From assembly GCF_031769215.1 (NCBI RefSeq), contig NW_026782148.1, forward strand, positions 186,001 to 250,000: a stretch of 64,000 nucleotides of DNA, read 5' to 3'. Positions 39,201 to 51,450 of the stretch are shown here, piece by piece (positions within the stretch are counted from its first letter, which is position 1; each line of letters begins with the position of its first letter). The notes under the pieces are model-generated. The model was not told the DNA's origin. It ran no database searches and saw only the letters and a program-made list of their open reading frames with translations. The position numbers and the translations under genes are program-made. Source of the stretch: Ylistrum balloti (Eukaryota).

Positions 39201-41581
39201 TTTTGTTTTTTATTTTCCTTGGTTTTTGTTTTGTTTTTGATTTAGTCAGTGTTACGTTATAAGTAAACAGCTGTATAGATGGTAGAGTAGCGTACTCGAC
39301 AGCCCAATACGTATTTGACAACAGTTATAAACAGACACAACTCAACTGTGAGACATTCTGGCCTTCTTTGTCATGTTATTATAATAAGCAAACAGTTATA
39401 AATATATATGTAAAATAACGTACCTTTTCCTGATGAATAAGTCTGTAGCCAGGACCAAAAACGACACAAATTGACGTTTCGTTAATCCATCATCAATCAT
39501 ACAAGTAACTGGAGTTCCATTTACTAAGTGAAGTTTCTGTACCAGGAAGTTTATATATATATGGGCTAGATTTAAAGCAAGTACACTTGATGGACATTGT
39601 GTGTGTTTTATATAGCGTGACGCACATATGTGTATAGATTACTCTTGTGTTTACATTAAGACAAGCTGCTTTCTCAGTGTTATGTGTATGACTAGCTAGG
39701 CATGTTTCTTCCGGGTAGCAAGTCATCAAAGCTAGATACAACTTTTCTCTGTTACCCGAATTTATCAGAGTTGGGGTAAACCATTTTATTTCTCATTTCA
39801 AAGTACATGTAATTAGTTACTTGACGGTGAGAAAAATATTTCGCTTAAAAGTTACGTGTAAACAATGTAATAAAATCGAAATAAACTGGAGACTGGAATT
39901 GAGATAAGAAAATCTCATTCGGTGGGGTAAGTTTTTCAAATGGACAAACACGAAATTTTGGCGGGTGTCTGTCAGGTTAATATCGTGGAAGGTTAATAAT
40001 TTTAACCCGAGCATTGAGATCCCCCTGTGTCACACCCAAAGGCATGAGCAAGTATATGTCCACTGAAAGTCCGTAGTAGTGGTCGTAAAACCCGTTTAAC
40101 AAATATTGTTGTTCTCCCATTCTGTTATGTCACAAGTTAGGGAAGGGGAGGGGGAGGGGCGAGGAGTCTTAACCCTAAACCCTATACCGGCGATGACACA
40201 AGGTTATATCACACGTATGAAAAAGTATAAGAAAACAAATAAATCCAATTTTACTTGATGCAATGATTTCAGGAGCTGTGACAATTCATCAGTTAATCAC
40301 GTAATGTTGTAATTCAATGGGAGCGAGCAGCAGTGCTGATTTATTTTTCTTAGAACTGAATGTTCATTCGGACTGAGGAGGACCACTGTTGACGTAAAAC
40401 AAGGTGTCTAGATTACATGGGTTAACTCGAATGCGCAAATGATATCAACAATTTGAATTAATGATATTACATTTTGTAAATGAATACTAAAGTGGCACCC
40501 AATACAAATCAAGGTATCTGTTGCGATATATTTACTTATAGATACACAAATCAAATTCAGATGAATTCGGATTAAAGAAGCCTATACTGTTTAAATATTA
40601 TTCGCCACGAGCACGATTCAGTGAACCGACGCTTACTTTACCAAAGTGTTTCGTTATACATTCTTGCCGACGGAATGTAATCAGGTAAACAAAGAAAACT
40701 CTCCCATCACAACGAGAATTAATTGATAAAGTTTTGTTTTTGTTTTGTTTTTGGTTTTGTTTATGTCATTGTCAATCTGTTCTATTAGTTCTGCACGAGC
40801 TAAAAAACCGAATAAATCACACAAGATATCAGATAAGTTCCTACTCGAATATAAGACATTAGGTTTAGTTTGTATCACGTTACTGGCAGTTACCCTTAAA
40901 ACTCCAATAAATTTATCTAGTAGTGCTATTGAACAAGTACTTGGTGAAGACAAATTTAGAAACGACATCCTGCTACATATAGTCAACGGTCAAAAGTTTC
41001 TCTTAAACATTTTTGTTTTGTTTTTGTTATTCAGGCCTCTGATCGATGAACGGAAATAATTTGAGCAATGAATGTACATTAAAAATGAGAAAAATGTCGC
41101 GTGTGGTGGTGTCCTTTCCGTGAATGTTGCATTGTAGAACTGGCGGACAGGATGCTATTTTGATCACTCCTTTCCATTACAGAAACACAGTATAAATATT
41201 AACTAACTTTAATATGTATATCTCCTTGCATAGCCGCTGACAATTCATTTTCCAAACCGAAAAACGCATAACTTCAAAATTTCCCACTTTTATAAATAAG
41301 AAATAATCTATATTATTTCGAGACATTAGATTAGTTATCTCCCTTCTTTCAACTCTTATGAAGACAAGAAGACGGGAAAGCACATGTCAAAGTGAGAAAG
41401 TCAGTTGATTTTGTGAGTAACAATAATTACACGCGGTCGAATGTGGTATAACACTTTTACAGACTGTTACCATAAAGACATTTTAATTTTGTGATTAACA
41501 TCATAAGTCCTTATCTTACGATTTCAGAATACAAAATGATTTCTTGCTGTCCGTGACATCGAGTTTCTGAGTAAACACGCA

Positions 41582-41708
41582 ATGCCTTTCAAATTTAAAT
41601 CGGGAGAGCATGCCCTGAGGAATTTACACGGTTATTTCTGTGTATATAAACCCGAGGGCATGAGAATGGCAGATCTGGTGCAAACTCTACAAACTAAACT
41701 TTTGCAAG
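41582..41708 (+). CDS. TRUB2: TRUB2 exon 1 (absent from the ORF track)
   Basis: MPFKFKSGEHALRNLHGYFCVYKPEGMRMADLVQTLQTKLLQ; G|gtatgt donor. Confidence 0.92.
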
Positions 41709-44700
41709 GTATGTATAACTGATATTGTGTATGATATCCATGTGGTTATTTTTTCTGTTGATAATTAAAGCATTGTCATCTTAAAAGCAGCATTGTTGAT
41801 ATATGTTTTCATGGTTATATGCTGGTATTGAAATGAAACTACAACTGAAAAAAATAATCAGATACTGAAAGTTCCCTATGATATTTTTAGGCCATGTTAT
41901 ACAACTTTACCTTAAATGTGGATATGCACCACAGCACAAGTAAACAACAACAAAGTATTGACAACTTACAAGTACAGAGATATAATTTATCAATTTACAA
42001 ATACTCCTAGCACACCACAAATTTAAATAAGACTATTACAACATCTAAATACAACATTAATATTTACTCTAACACAGCTCGCTATTTCCTACAATACAAC
42101 AGGATGTAGTTACTTACAGCCTAACTCACCTTCAAATATTATAATATTCTACTTAGACCACATCATACCAAACCAAGACACCGTTTTTGATGAATACATA
42201 TACCCTATGTATACACTTTAGAAATTGTGAGTGTTTATTATAATTTTTGCTGTGTATTTTCAGTCAACCATCAAGAGTCGATAGGTTATTCAAATCACCT
42301 ATGTCTGTGGTCCCTGTGTCAATTTTTCTGTCCTTCTGTTTACTATTTTTGCTACTGCTTTTTCTTGAGAAGTACTGGGAAGATCTTTTGCAGATTTTAA
42401 TATCTAGATACCTCTTGGTCCCTTGTTGTGGCCATTTGATTTTGAGACTGATAAGAAAAACAAAAATAGCTGTTGGATGACTGTTTTTGATTTAGCAATC
42501 GAATATTATCATTTTTATGCCCCCGTCATTTATGGCCGGGGGCATATAGCGTTGCCCATGTCCGTCCATCCCGTCCCGTCCCATTGCGTCGGGTCCCAAA
42601 TCAGTATATACCACCTAACAACTTCATTCAGACCTTTCACTATTATTTCACATGGGGGGGGGGGGGGGGGGGGGGGGGCATTCATGTCTTACAGACATTT
42701 TCTAGTTTTTAAAAGACATACAGTTAAAACAAAGAAAAAGAAGAGTAAACAGATTCAACAGTAACGATCAAACAATGGTGGGCACCAAAATCTATTTAGG
42801 ATCTCTTGTAATGATCCTGACCACTCTGAACTTAGCCAGTAGAGTGTTTTCATGTGTTGTATTTTGACGTGTACTTTTTATTAAATTATTTGAAGACTTG
42901 TCATCTATGTAGAACAGCATTATACAGCAGAGAAAAGATAATTGATTGGTTGGAAAATTCAATCTTTCTGGCATCCAAGAAAAGCAAGAAAAAATTGATA
43001 GAATTTCTATTTCTTGTTTCTTGACGAAAGAAATTTTCACTCCGCTCAATGAAATATAATACTTGTATAACTGTTTTATCAAGAAACAAATATTATTCTC
43101 CTTCTCAGGCTCTGTCATGAAGTTCTTTGTGTACATTTGAAAAACAACTTGGTGATACATTTTTGGAAAAAATATTGATCTTAGGTTAAATTTTTTTTTT
43201 CATTGTGTCACGTTCTTTCCTCTGGAGTAATATTATTTTTAAGTCAAGATAATTGATATATGTTTATTTGAATTATGTTGTTGCTAGTCCTTAATACTTT
43301 TGAAATGAGGAAAAACAGAAAAGAAGCAAGTAGTAAATATTTCACAGCCTGTATTGATAAGACTCTTTTAAATAATTATGTCTGTTCAATACTGTATTCC
43401 ATAACAAAGAAATTAGAAATTAAAGTATGACCCCTGTCCATTTCTAAAATTCATACATACACAAACTTTGTTCCCCTTTTAGGGTAAAAAAAACCCAACC
43501 AAATTGGTGAAATTCAAGACTTTTTACCCAGTTTTCAAGTAGTCTTCTACACAAATACATAGTTAGGGGTACAAATGTATCCAAACTGTACAAAAATGTT
43601 TTGGTTTTTATCAATATTCTGAGATACCTTTTGTTTCTTTTTTTATCTTTTTAAAGAGATCAATGCTCTACCAAATTACCTCTTTGAAACAACAAATCCC
43701 AGACTGCAGGCCGGTTCACCAAGTCTTGCTGAAGGACATGCTAATGCCAAGCCTGACCTGCTGGCGGCTGGTAGTACAGAAAAGTCAGTGGTTGGAATGG
43801 ATTCTAATTTAACTACAAATTCAACCTCAGATTCTCTTACATTCAGCTCAGAGCAACAGTTAATGGAGGCTGAGATAATGAACAATCGTCTTGGTAAGTA
43901 TTCTAGATTACTAAATGATTTATTTTCACAACCAGCACCATCTCCTATCAAAACATTAGTGTATAATATCATGTTAAAGTGTCTGGCATGTAGAGTTTTG
44001 TTTTGATTTGAATAAAAGGTTTGATGATATTTTGCCCTTTTTAGATTTTAGGCATTTTTATATTGTCAGGTGATTGCCCCTCCTACAGTTTTTGACAGAG
44101 CAAAAGTGTATTTCATGACTATCTCTCTGAATGATTACATTCCAGTGATTCTAAATTCTGCAAATTGTAAATAACAAGTTGTTAAAAATGTCTATTTCCT
44201 AATAATGTAAGGAAGCTTTCTTTTAATGATTTTCTCATGAACTAAAAGGCCTAGAGGCATGATAGTTGGCTTGTGTGTTCTTAGGATGAAGCCCAACAAA
44301 GTTTGGGAAAAGAAATGACCTTGACGTAAATCCAAGGTCTTTAAATCTTTAAATGACTTCTCCTCATGAACTAAAGGCCTTAGATACATGATATTGGGCT
44401 GGTATGTTCCTATGATAACGTCCAACAAAGTTTGCAAATGTTGATAACCTTGACTTCAAGGTCATAGGGGTCAAATTTGTGAAAACCTTTTAATGACATT
44501 TTCTTATGAAATTGAAAGGCAAAGGGGCATGATATTTGCCTGGAATATTCCTAAGATAATGCCCGACAAAGTTTGGAAAAAGAAATGACCATGACCTATG
44601 TTCAAGATCACATGGGTCAAATTTTTAAAAACATTTAGATGACTTCTTATGAACTAAAAGGCCTAGATGCATGATATTTTGGTGGTATATACCAACAAGG

Positions 44701-47700
44701 TGAACGCTTCAGGCCCACTAGGCCTCTTCTTTGTGTATCAGTTTCCTACAGTTGTTACTCTGTAAATGACACAGAATACTTTTAAAATTGAAAATAATTA
44801 CATACGGATAATTTCCTTTTAAGCAGGAAGCTTTAAGTAGTATATCTTATATCTGTTAGTATAGTTTATACCTGTCCAGTGTTTTTTCTGATGTCAAGAG
44901 AAAAATAATTAAGAATAGAAATTTTCATGTAAATGTGTACTCTGTCTTTTATTTGTATTCTTAAGGTTAGTCAGAATACAAAACCATGGGCTGTAGGTAG
45001 GTATATGTCATCCTCAGATGAGAATACATGTCATGTTGTTTGCAATTGTTTATCCTCAGTTTTGGGTGACCGATATGAGCCAGAAGACTTACGCTTATTT
45101 GCAAATACGGGGCTGGCAAGGTACTCTTCAGGTCTTGTTGGTATGTATGTCTATATTACAAAGAGACAAAGTCTCATGGTGACCTATTATGATTAACATT
45201 GGCCGTAATTTGGTAATTTGGAGATATTTCAATCTTGGTTAGAATTATGAGCAAAGTATGACGGCTTAATGATATGCTCATGTTGATCGTGGCTGACCCC
45301 TAGGGGCTGATGGGCAGGGCCAAAATAGGTCAAATCAATTCAGATTTAAAAAATCTTCTCAACACCCAGGTATGGCAGTATCGATAGCACTTCTTGGATG
45401 GTAGCATCTTAAGGTGCTTTTCCAAAATCGTTAAATTCATGAAGATGAATTTTGTGAAAACACTTACCGTATATGATTTCCTTTGTTTTACGAAAGGCCT
45501 AGAATCATGATATTTAGCTAAAGGTTTCTGCAATAAAGCTTGACACTTCTTCAAAGTCATAGGGCTCAAATTTGTTATACACTCACTTTATTCTTGTGTA
45601 ATCCATAGACATAGAATCCTGATATTTGTGTGAAAAGATCATTTGTTAATTAAAACAAAATTAACCATAACCTATATTCAAGGCCACACCTTGGTATATA
45701 TTTGTTAGAATGCTCATGTGACTTATTCTGATTAGCTGAAATGCCAGGAATCATGATATTTTGGTTGGTTAGTTCCTTGGATAAAGCTGACAAATATTGC
45801 TGAAGGTAATGATCTTGGCTCATACTCTAAGTCACAGAAATAAACAGTTCAAAAACTCAAATGGCTTCACCTGCTGATCAATTGTAATCCATCGATCGTG
45901 AATTTTCACTGTGATATTTTGTTGGGGCTTTTACTTTAGAGGTACTTGTTCAATAAAATTTCATATATAGATAGCACTTGGTCTTTAGTTGTTATTTAGT
46001 TGTCCATTTTGAATATAAGCAGAAAGTCTTGAGAATTGCTTGATGGATCATTCTTGAATTTGATATGAAGGTTGCCCAAGATCCCTTGTTATGCATTGTC
46101 CATTCTGATTGAGACTGATCAGAAAATAAAATGGGTGGCTGACAGTCATCTCTGATTTTGTCAGTTATCATATTCATTACTGGATGTATTGTTCCTTAAA
46201 TTTCATTGTTTATTCATTTTCCGTTATTAGACTAATCACAAATCCTAAGTGGCCAATATATAGCAATCATATAATGTGACAGTTTAATTTGTTCTTACTA
46301 TTTCTTGAGAAGAATCGTTTTGTTTGTTGACATAAACTTATGATAAATTTTCATGTCAATTCAACACAAAATAAAGAGCAAATCAGAGTTAAAAAATGAA
46401 AAGAACTTATAAGATTATACAATGGTGGGCACTAATATCAGTATGGGATCTTTTGTTCCTTGGAGTATTTGTTCATGTATATAGATATTACAAATGCATT
46501 GTAAATGTAACTTTTTTAAGTTTTACAGAATATAAGTTCAACTATAAGAGGCAAACTTAATTGATGGGCAATTTTGATTACAGTGTATTTCTTTTGTGAA
46601 AATGTGAAATAATGATGAAGATAAAACCAGGGTAATTTGTTTTCTTTTTTTAACAGTGATTGGATCTGGAACCTACAAATATAGAACCAAAAAACTGAGT
46701 AGTAGATACATACAGGTAGGTATAGGTCCTTAGTATTTGTCATAACCTTGTTTGTGTAGTAGGGAAGGATTGAATGCAATGAATATGCTGTTTGTTGGGT
46801 GATAAAAGTCAATCTTTGGGGCAAGGAGGAAGGGATGTAGCAGAAATGGATTGGGTCAATTGTCAGTGACCTGGTAGCTTAATTGGTATAGTGTCCATCT
46901 AGAGTTTGGAGACTCCAAGGTTTTAACCTAGATCTGGTCATGAATTTTTCTGCTCCTGTTACATATGTAAAGAATCCATGATATACATGCCAAGACAATA
47001 TGCTCATGACCTCCACAAAGTGATTGAGTAAAATGTCACATGTCATCTTGTTTTGTGGTATCGAAAATCATTTCTTGACTTCAAATTTGAAGATTTATTT
47101 TAAAAACAAAATATAATCAGAATATTTCATTTTTTAGACTATTTATTTTAATTGAAATTAAATCAAAGCTCAGAATGTTCATGACACTATGACTATGGCA
47201 GAATCCTATGTTTATTTAGACTTTTATCTGTTGTCCTAGGTATACCATGTGAAAGGTCTCTTGGGCTGGGCATCTGATTCCTATAGTACCAAAGGTCGCA
47301 TTGTTGAAAGGAGCACTTTTAGTAAGTCTTTCTTGTGCCATTGTGGATGTTTTTTCCACCTTGGAGATGATAAAAGATTTTTATGTCTTGTCAGTACAGG
47401 GTACACATACAAGATATGGTACAGTGGAACCTGTCTAATATCACACTGTATTGGTCAGACAAGATATAGGATAACTGATGGTTTGATAGAGTAAACGTCT
47501 GGTTTAGACAAGGTTCTGCACTATACAGGATCAACTGTACAGAAAATCATTTACATTCATATTTATTCTAAGTCTGGTTGACCCCTGAGAAGGGAATCTC
47601 ACAAGGATGTAGGACTTTCCTGTAGCAATCACTTTATCAGTCTTGTCTTGAGAATTGTCTTTTAACTTAATATATTTAGGTTCCTTGGATTTACTTCAAG

Positions 47701-49482
47701 GTTAATTAGTCTCACATTCTTTTAAATAAAAAATAACTTTTTTGTCTTGATAAAACTAATTTCTAGACATATATCTGCAAATATATCCAGCATGGCTTTG
47801 AAGTGCTGGTGTAATTGTTGTGTATATTACCATTTTGTTCTATTACAGGCCATGTGAACACGTCACTGGTGGAGAAGGTGTGTGCTGCTGTGGAGGCTAC
47901 TCACCAGAGGAAGATGTTTGAGTGAGTATCTTAATGTCTGCTTCATCACAGCAGAGGTATGAACAATATGCAATTATGTAGAAAAAGAAATTCAGTGATG
48001 GAGATAGGTTTGTTCAAAATTCCTTACAATTATGCATTTTGACAAATTTAACCTTTAGACAACATGATTGAAGATGTATGTCCTGTGGTTTATTAAATTG
48101 AATTTATTTTTAAAATAATCAAGTTTGAACAGTTTACTGATTTGTGTTGAAAACTGAGGCAAAAAAAATGTTTGCAAAACAACCAGAATTCTTTGTGAAA
48201 CTAAATTATTTGCAATATGAATTCAAACTTTAGAAAAAAAATCCATTTGTTTTTTGTAACCAAAATCTAGAGGTAATATGAATAGGTTGCTCAGTAATGA
48301 AAAGTGATCATTTATTTAGCTATGCTGGAGTTAACCCAGAGAGTCAGGAGGCATATGAGCTAGCCACACAGGGGCTGCTGCGTCCACAGATGCATATCAC
48401 AGAGCCTATTATCTACAGCATCAAATGTGTGGCATTTGACCCACCATACTTTACACTGGGTAGGAGAAACTGTTGATTTTTTAATTACATAATATTTCGG
48501 TGATGATCCATCACTAGGCTGTGAATGAAACTCTTTATTTGACCAGTATTATACCATCATGTACATACTTAAATCATTTCTTATTTTATGTCACTCATGT
48601 ATATTTTTCTTTTAAACTGTCTTTGAAAATTTTAAATGAGTCTGATCAGAAAAAAACAAAATGGCTGACAGGAGGCCATATGTTAGACTTAACATAATAA
48701 GAATAATTGAAGTTCATTATTGGTATTTCTCATTTCTCTCTCTTATTTGTTTTCTAGCATCCATTTCAGAACAGATCAGAAAAATAAGATGGCACACTGG
48801 TGGCCATCTTGAACTTGACAGTTTGACAGATATCAATAATTATTGCTATTTCATAAGAGGAATGCTAAAATTTCATATATTTGAGAAGAAATAAGAGGAA
48901 AGAGACGAGAGGGAAAAGATCCAACTTTTAAAGAACAAATTTCATGACAAAACAACCTGCAATATTCAATAGTTTCCTTATTTTACATCCTGAGTCAAAA
49001 TTGAAATGTAATGTATGGAAGATATGTTCTTGATTTCAGAGATTCATGCCATCAATGAAAGGTGCTATTTTCTTGCTGAAGTAATTCATAATTTTGGACT
49101 GTTGATGAAGACTACAGCAGTGTGTGCTGGCATCCGTAGGATTCGTAGTGGTGTTTACGATATAAGCTATGCCCTGTTGTATCAGGATTGGGAATTGAAC
49201 AAAATCACTGGTAATATCAAAGATTGTAAGCTCATCCGACCACCATCTCACCTGGAGAGACTTAGTCCTACTTTAGGATATTTAAACAAAGACAATAAAG
49301 GTGTATTCCGACGTATGATGAAACAACCACAAGTGTCTCCAGCTTTAAGTGTATCAGAAAGGATCAGAATGAAGGAAGAACTCATAGCAACCAAGAAAAT
49401 GAAAAAAGAAGTGCAAAAGTTCCTGTCTAGTAAATTAAATGAGGAAGAACCTGAAGTAATAGATGGAGAGGTGAAAGAGTAA
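41582..49482 (+). CDS. TRUB2: Mitochondrial pseudouridine synthase TRUB2-like; join(41582-41708,43657-43893,45060-45140,46657-46715,47240-47321,47849-47921,48320-48459,49040-49482), 413 aa
   Basis: LHGYFCVYKP, YHVKGLLGWASD, GRIVERSTF, QEAYELATQGLLRP, FDPPYFTLE and MKTTAVCAGIRRIRSG align colinearly with TRUB2; 1242 nt = 414 codons; all introns GT-AG. Confidence 0.94.
42512..42707 (+). mobile_element. Short HINE/pearl-like non-autonomous element
   Basis: 5' hairpin atgcccccg..cgggggcat; (GTCC)-like microsatellite; poly-G ending in gggggcat (subterminal repeat); 3' hairpin atgtct/agacat; ctag end flanked by T-runs. Confidence 0.75.
43657..43893 (+). CDS. TRUB2: TRUB2 exon 2
   Basis: tttttaaag acceptor, G|gtaagt donor; EINALP...NNRL; phase 1 to phase 1. 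Confidence 0.85.
44200..44730 (+). mobile_element. HINE-like element with about 3.5 internal 125-146-bp tandem repeats
   Basis: aatga..tc.tatgaactaaaaggcctaga..catgata recurs near 44226, 44351, 44492 and 44638; 3' aggtgaac plus hairpin aggcc-cacta-ggcct. Confidence 0.7.
45060..45140 (+). CDS. TRUB2: TRUB2 exon 3 (motif II region)
   Basis: VLGDRYEPEDLRLFANTGLARYSSGLV. Confidence 0.88.
45290..45830 (+). mobile_element. Degenerate copy of the same HINE-like family
   Basis: aaaggcctagaatcatgatattt and ccaggaatcatgatattttggttgg blocks are shared with the 44200 and 25044 copies. Confidence 0.5.
46657..46715 (+). CDS. TRUB2: TRUB2 exon 4
   Basis: VIGSGTYKYRTKKLSSRYIQ; taacag acceptor, CAG|gtaggt donor. 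Confidence 0.85.
46866..46962 (+). mobile_element. tRNA-derived SINE remnant
   Basis: A-box-like TAGCTTAATTGG (46875), decayed B-box GGTTTTAACC (46919), tgacc/ggtca acceptor-stem-like ends, tail ctcctgttaca. Confidence 0.55.
47240..47321 (+). CDS. TRUB2: TRUB2 exon 5
   Basis: VYHVKGLLGWASDSYSTKGRIVERSTF. Confidence 0.92.
47849..47921 (+). CDS. TRUB2: TRUB2 exon 6
   Basis: HVNTSLVEKVCAAVEATHQRKMF. Confidence 0.9.
48320..48459 (+). CDS. TRUB2: TRUB2 exon 7
   Basis: YAGVNPESQEAYELATQGLLRP...IKCVAFDPPYFTL. Confidence 0.93.
49040..49482 (+). CDS. TRUB2: TRUB2 exon 8
   Basis: EIHAINE...IHNFGLLMKTTAVCAGIRRIRSG...; ends at TAA. Confidence 0.93.
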
Positions 49483-51325
49483 AGGCTTATTGTGGTGTTT
49501 TATAAATATATGATCACTTCATTAGTATTTTATTGGATGCTTATTCCGTTAATTTAAACATTGAAACAGATTTTTTACAAATATTTGATATTTGTAAGAA
49601 AGATGAGAACAATATTTGACATTGACCTGTTTTCAAGGTCATACAAGTTGATTATGTTAAAAATTCTGTCAAATTATTTTGAAGATCAAGAAGATTAATA
49701 TATTCTGTATTTCATGTGTAAATAAGCATGCTCTACATAAACTATCAACAAACCAGGATACATACAAACCTGATGGGAATCTTAATCAACATCCAGTAGA
49801 GGAATTTTGATATCAGAAATTATTTTTGAATCCATGATTTGAATGCAGTTTGTGATATGATTTTATGTTTTTGTTGTCACTGTTTACTTGAATACAATGT
49901 ATTTACCTTATACACTCTACATGTACCGAGTTTGTTTATATATAGGTATTTTTCAGGAAAAGATATTCTGCATCACTGACTACTGTTAACATATTTTAGC
50001 AGTAATCTTGTTTGCTGTCAACAAGATTGTCTTCAAGATTAAATGGTCATTTTGCTTACTTACTCAATCTGTTTATAGTGACTATTAGCTCTTTAAAAAA
50101 TTTCATTTTGATCATTAGATACTGGTTTTGTAACCATGTTTTTGGTTTCAAAATAAGTATGTGGTGACGTTTTTCCACTGTAATTTACTTAATTCATGTT
50201 AAAAAAGTAAAACAAATTGAAGTTCAAGTTTTAAAAGAATTTTCACTCCTGAGAGAAGATAAGTAATTATAAATTATTTAATGTATGTGCCACAAACTTC
50301 ACACATGTAGTGTCAAACAAAATAGAAGTGGAGCGAGTCCTGAAGCCAAGTTTTCAGTCAGTATATTCTTTCATTTGTATTTTCAGCCAAATCACATGGA
50401 CATCTATACTGTACACATACCAATATAACAGTACACAGTGCTTACTTGGGATTGCTTTTCAGGTCCAAAGGTCAAAGTCACCATTACTATAAATAGGAAT
50501 GTAAATGACGACACTGTTTAAAAGACTCTAGAATCTAAAAACAGTTTGTAAATTAGGATTCAGGTTAACCAATAGTCATCAGATGAGTGGAAAAAACTTA
50601 ATATATTAACATTCACCTGTAAATTCATATCCCTGATTTATAGTAAGCTTGCCAATAGTTTGGTGCAAAGTTTGCATTTGGTTTTAATTTGAACTATAAT
50701 AATTCTTATCTAAATATAATGCATGTTCTGCATTAGTTTTTTTGGATAAATTACCACCTTCAGTAAATAAAAAACAAATCCACAAAATGTTTTTTTAACA
50801 AAACATAATGTGTGGTTTTAATACAGTGTTTGGTCAGTATTTGGTGATATCTATGGGAATATCATGCATTTAAGTAGAATTTATGCCATTTCCGAACTCT
50901 TTACTGTGTGTCACAGAAACTGCAAGATAACATGATGTACTGCAAATGACATTTATTTCCTTGCTTTTACATCTATTTCAACGTGTATAGCAAATGCTTC
51001 ACAAATATTGATACATATACACTGTACATGGAAATTATTGCAAATTAACATGGTCATATCTTAACTATCTTTAAAAAAATCAGAATTGAAATAAAAAACA
51101 TTATCTTGTATTAATAATGAAAATCTATCCTCAGGATTAATTTCCCTTCGACGCTATACATCTAATCTGCAAGTTTACTCATCTCTTGAAATCCTATATC
51201 ATAAGTCTAGAAGTGGTCTGCACCAATTACAAATAGCATGATAAGTGGAACAAACCCTTTGTGATATCAAACTCGACATGTAAACACCTGAAGTGAGGAT
51301 AACAGGATTGTTGCTATAAAGAAAT

Positions 51326-51450
51326 GGAAAGAGATTGTAATGTCCTGGATGTTAGATTTTGGAAAGTGATTGTAGTAATGTCCTGGATGTTAAATTTTGG
51401 AAAGTGATTGTAGTGTCCTTGATGTTAAATTTTGGAAAGAGATTGTAGTG
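51326..51450. repeat. 35-38-bp tandem repeat, about 3.3 copies
   Basis: ggaaag.gattgt...tgtcct.gatgtta.attttgg starts at 51326, 51361, 51399 and 51434. Confidence 0.88.

Noticed and set aside
40681-41059. Overlapping 101-aa (-) and 104-aa (+) ORFs upstream of TRUB2
   Set aside because: No WH2 or other motif, no convincing splice sites, and both ends run into T-rich simple sequence.
46866-46962. Functional tRNA gene
   Set aside because: The B-box is decayed, the cloverleaf is incomplete and a SINE-like tail is present.
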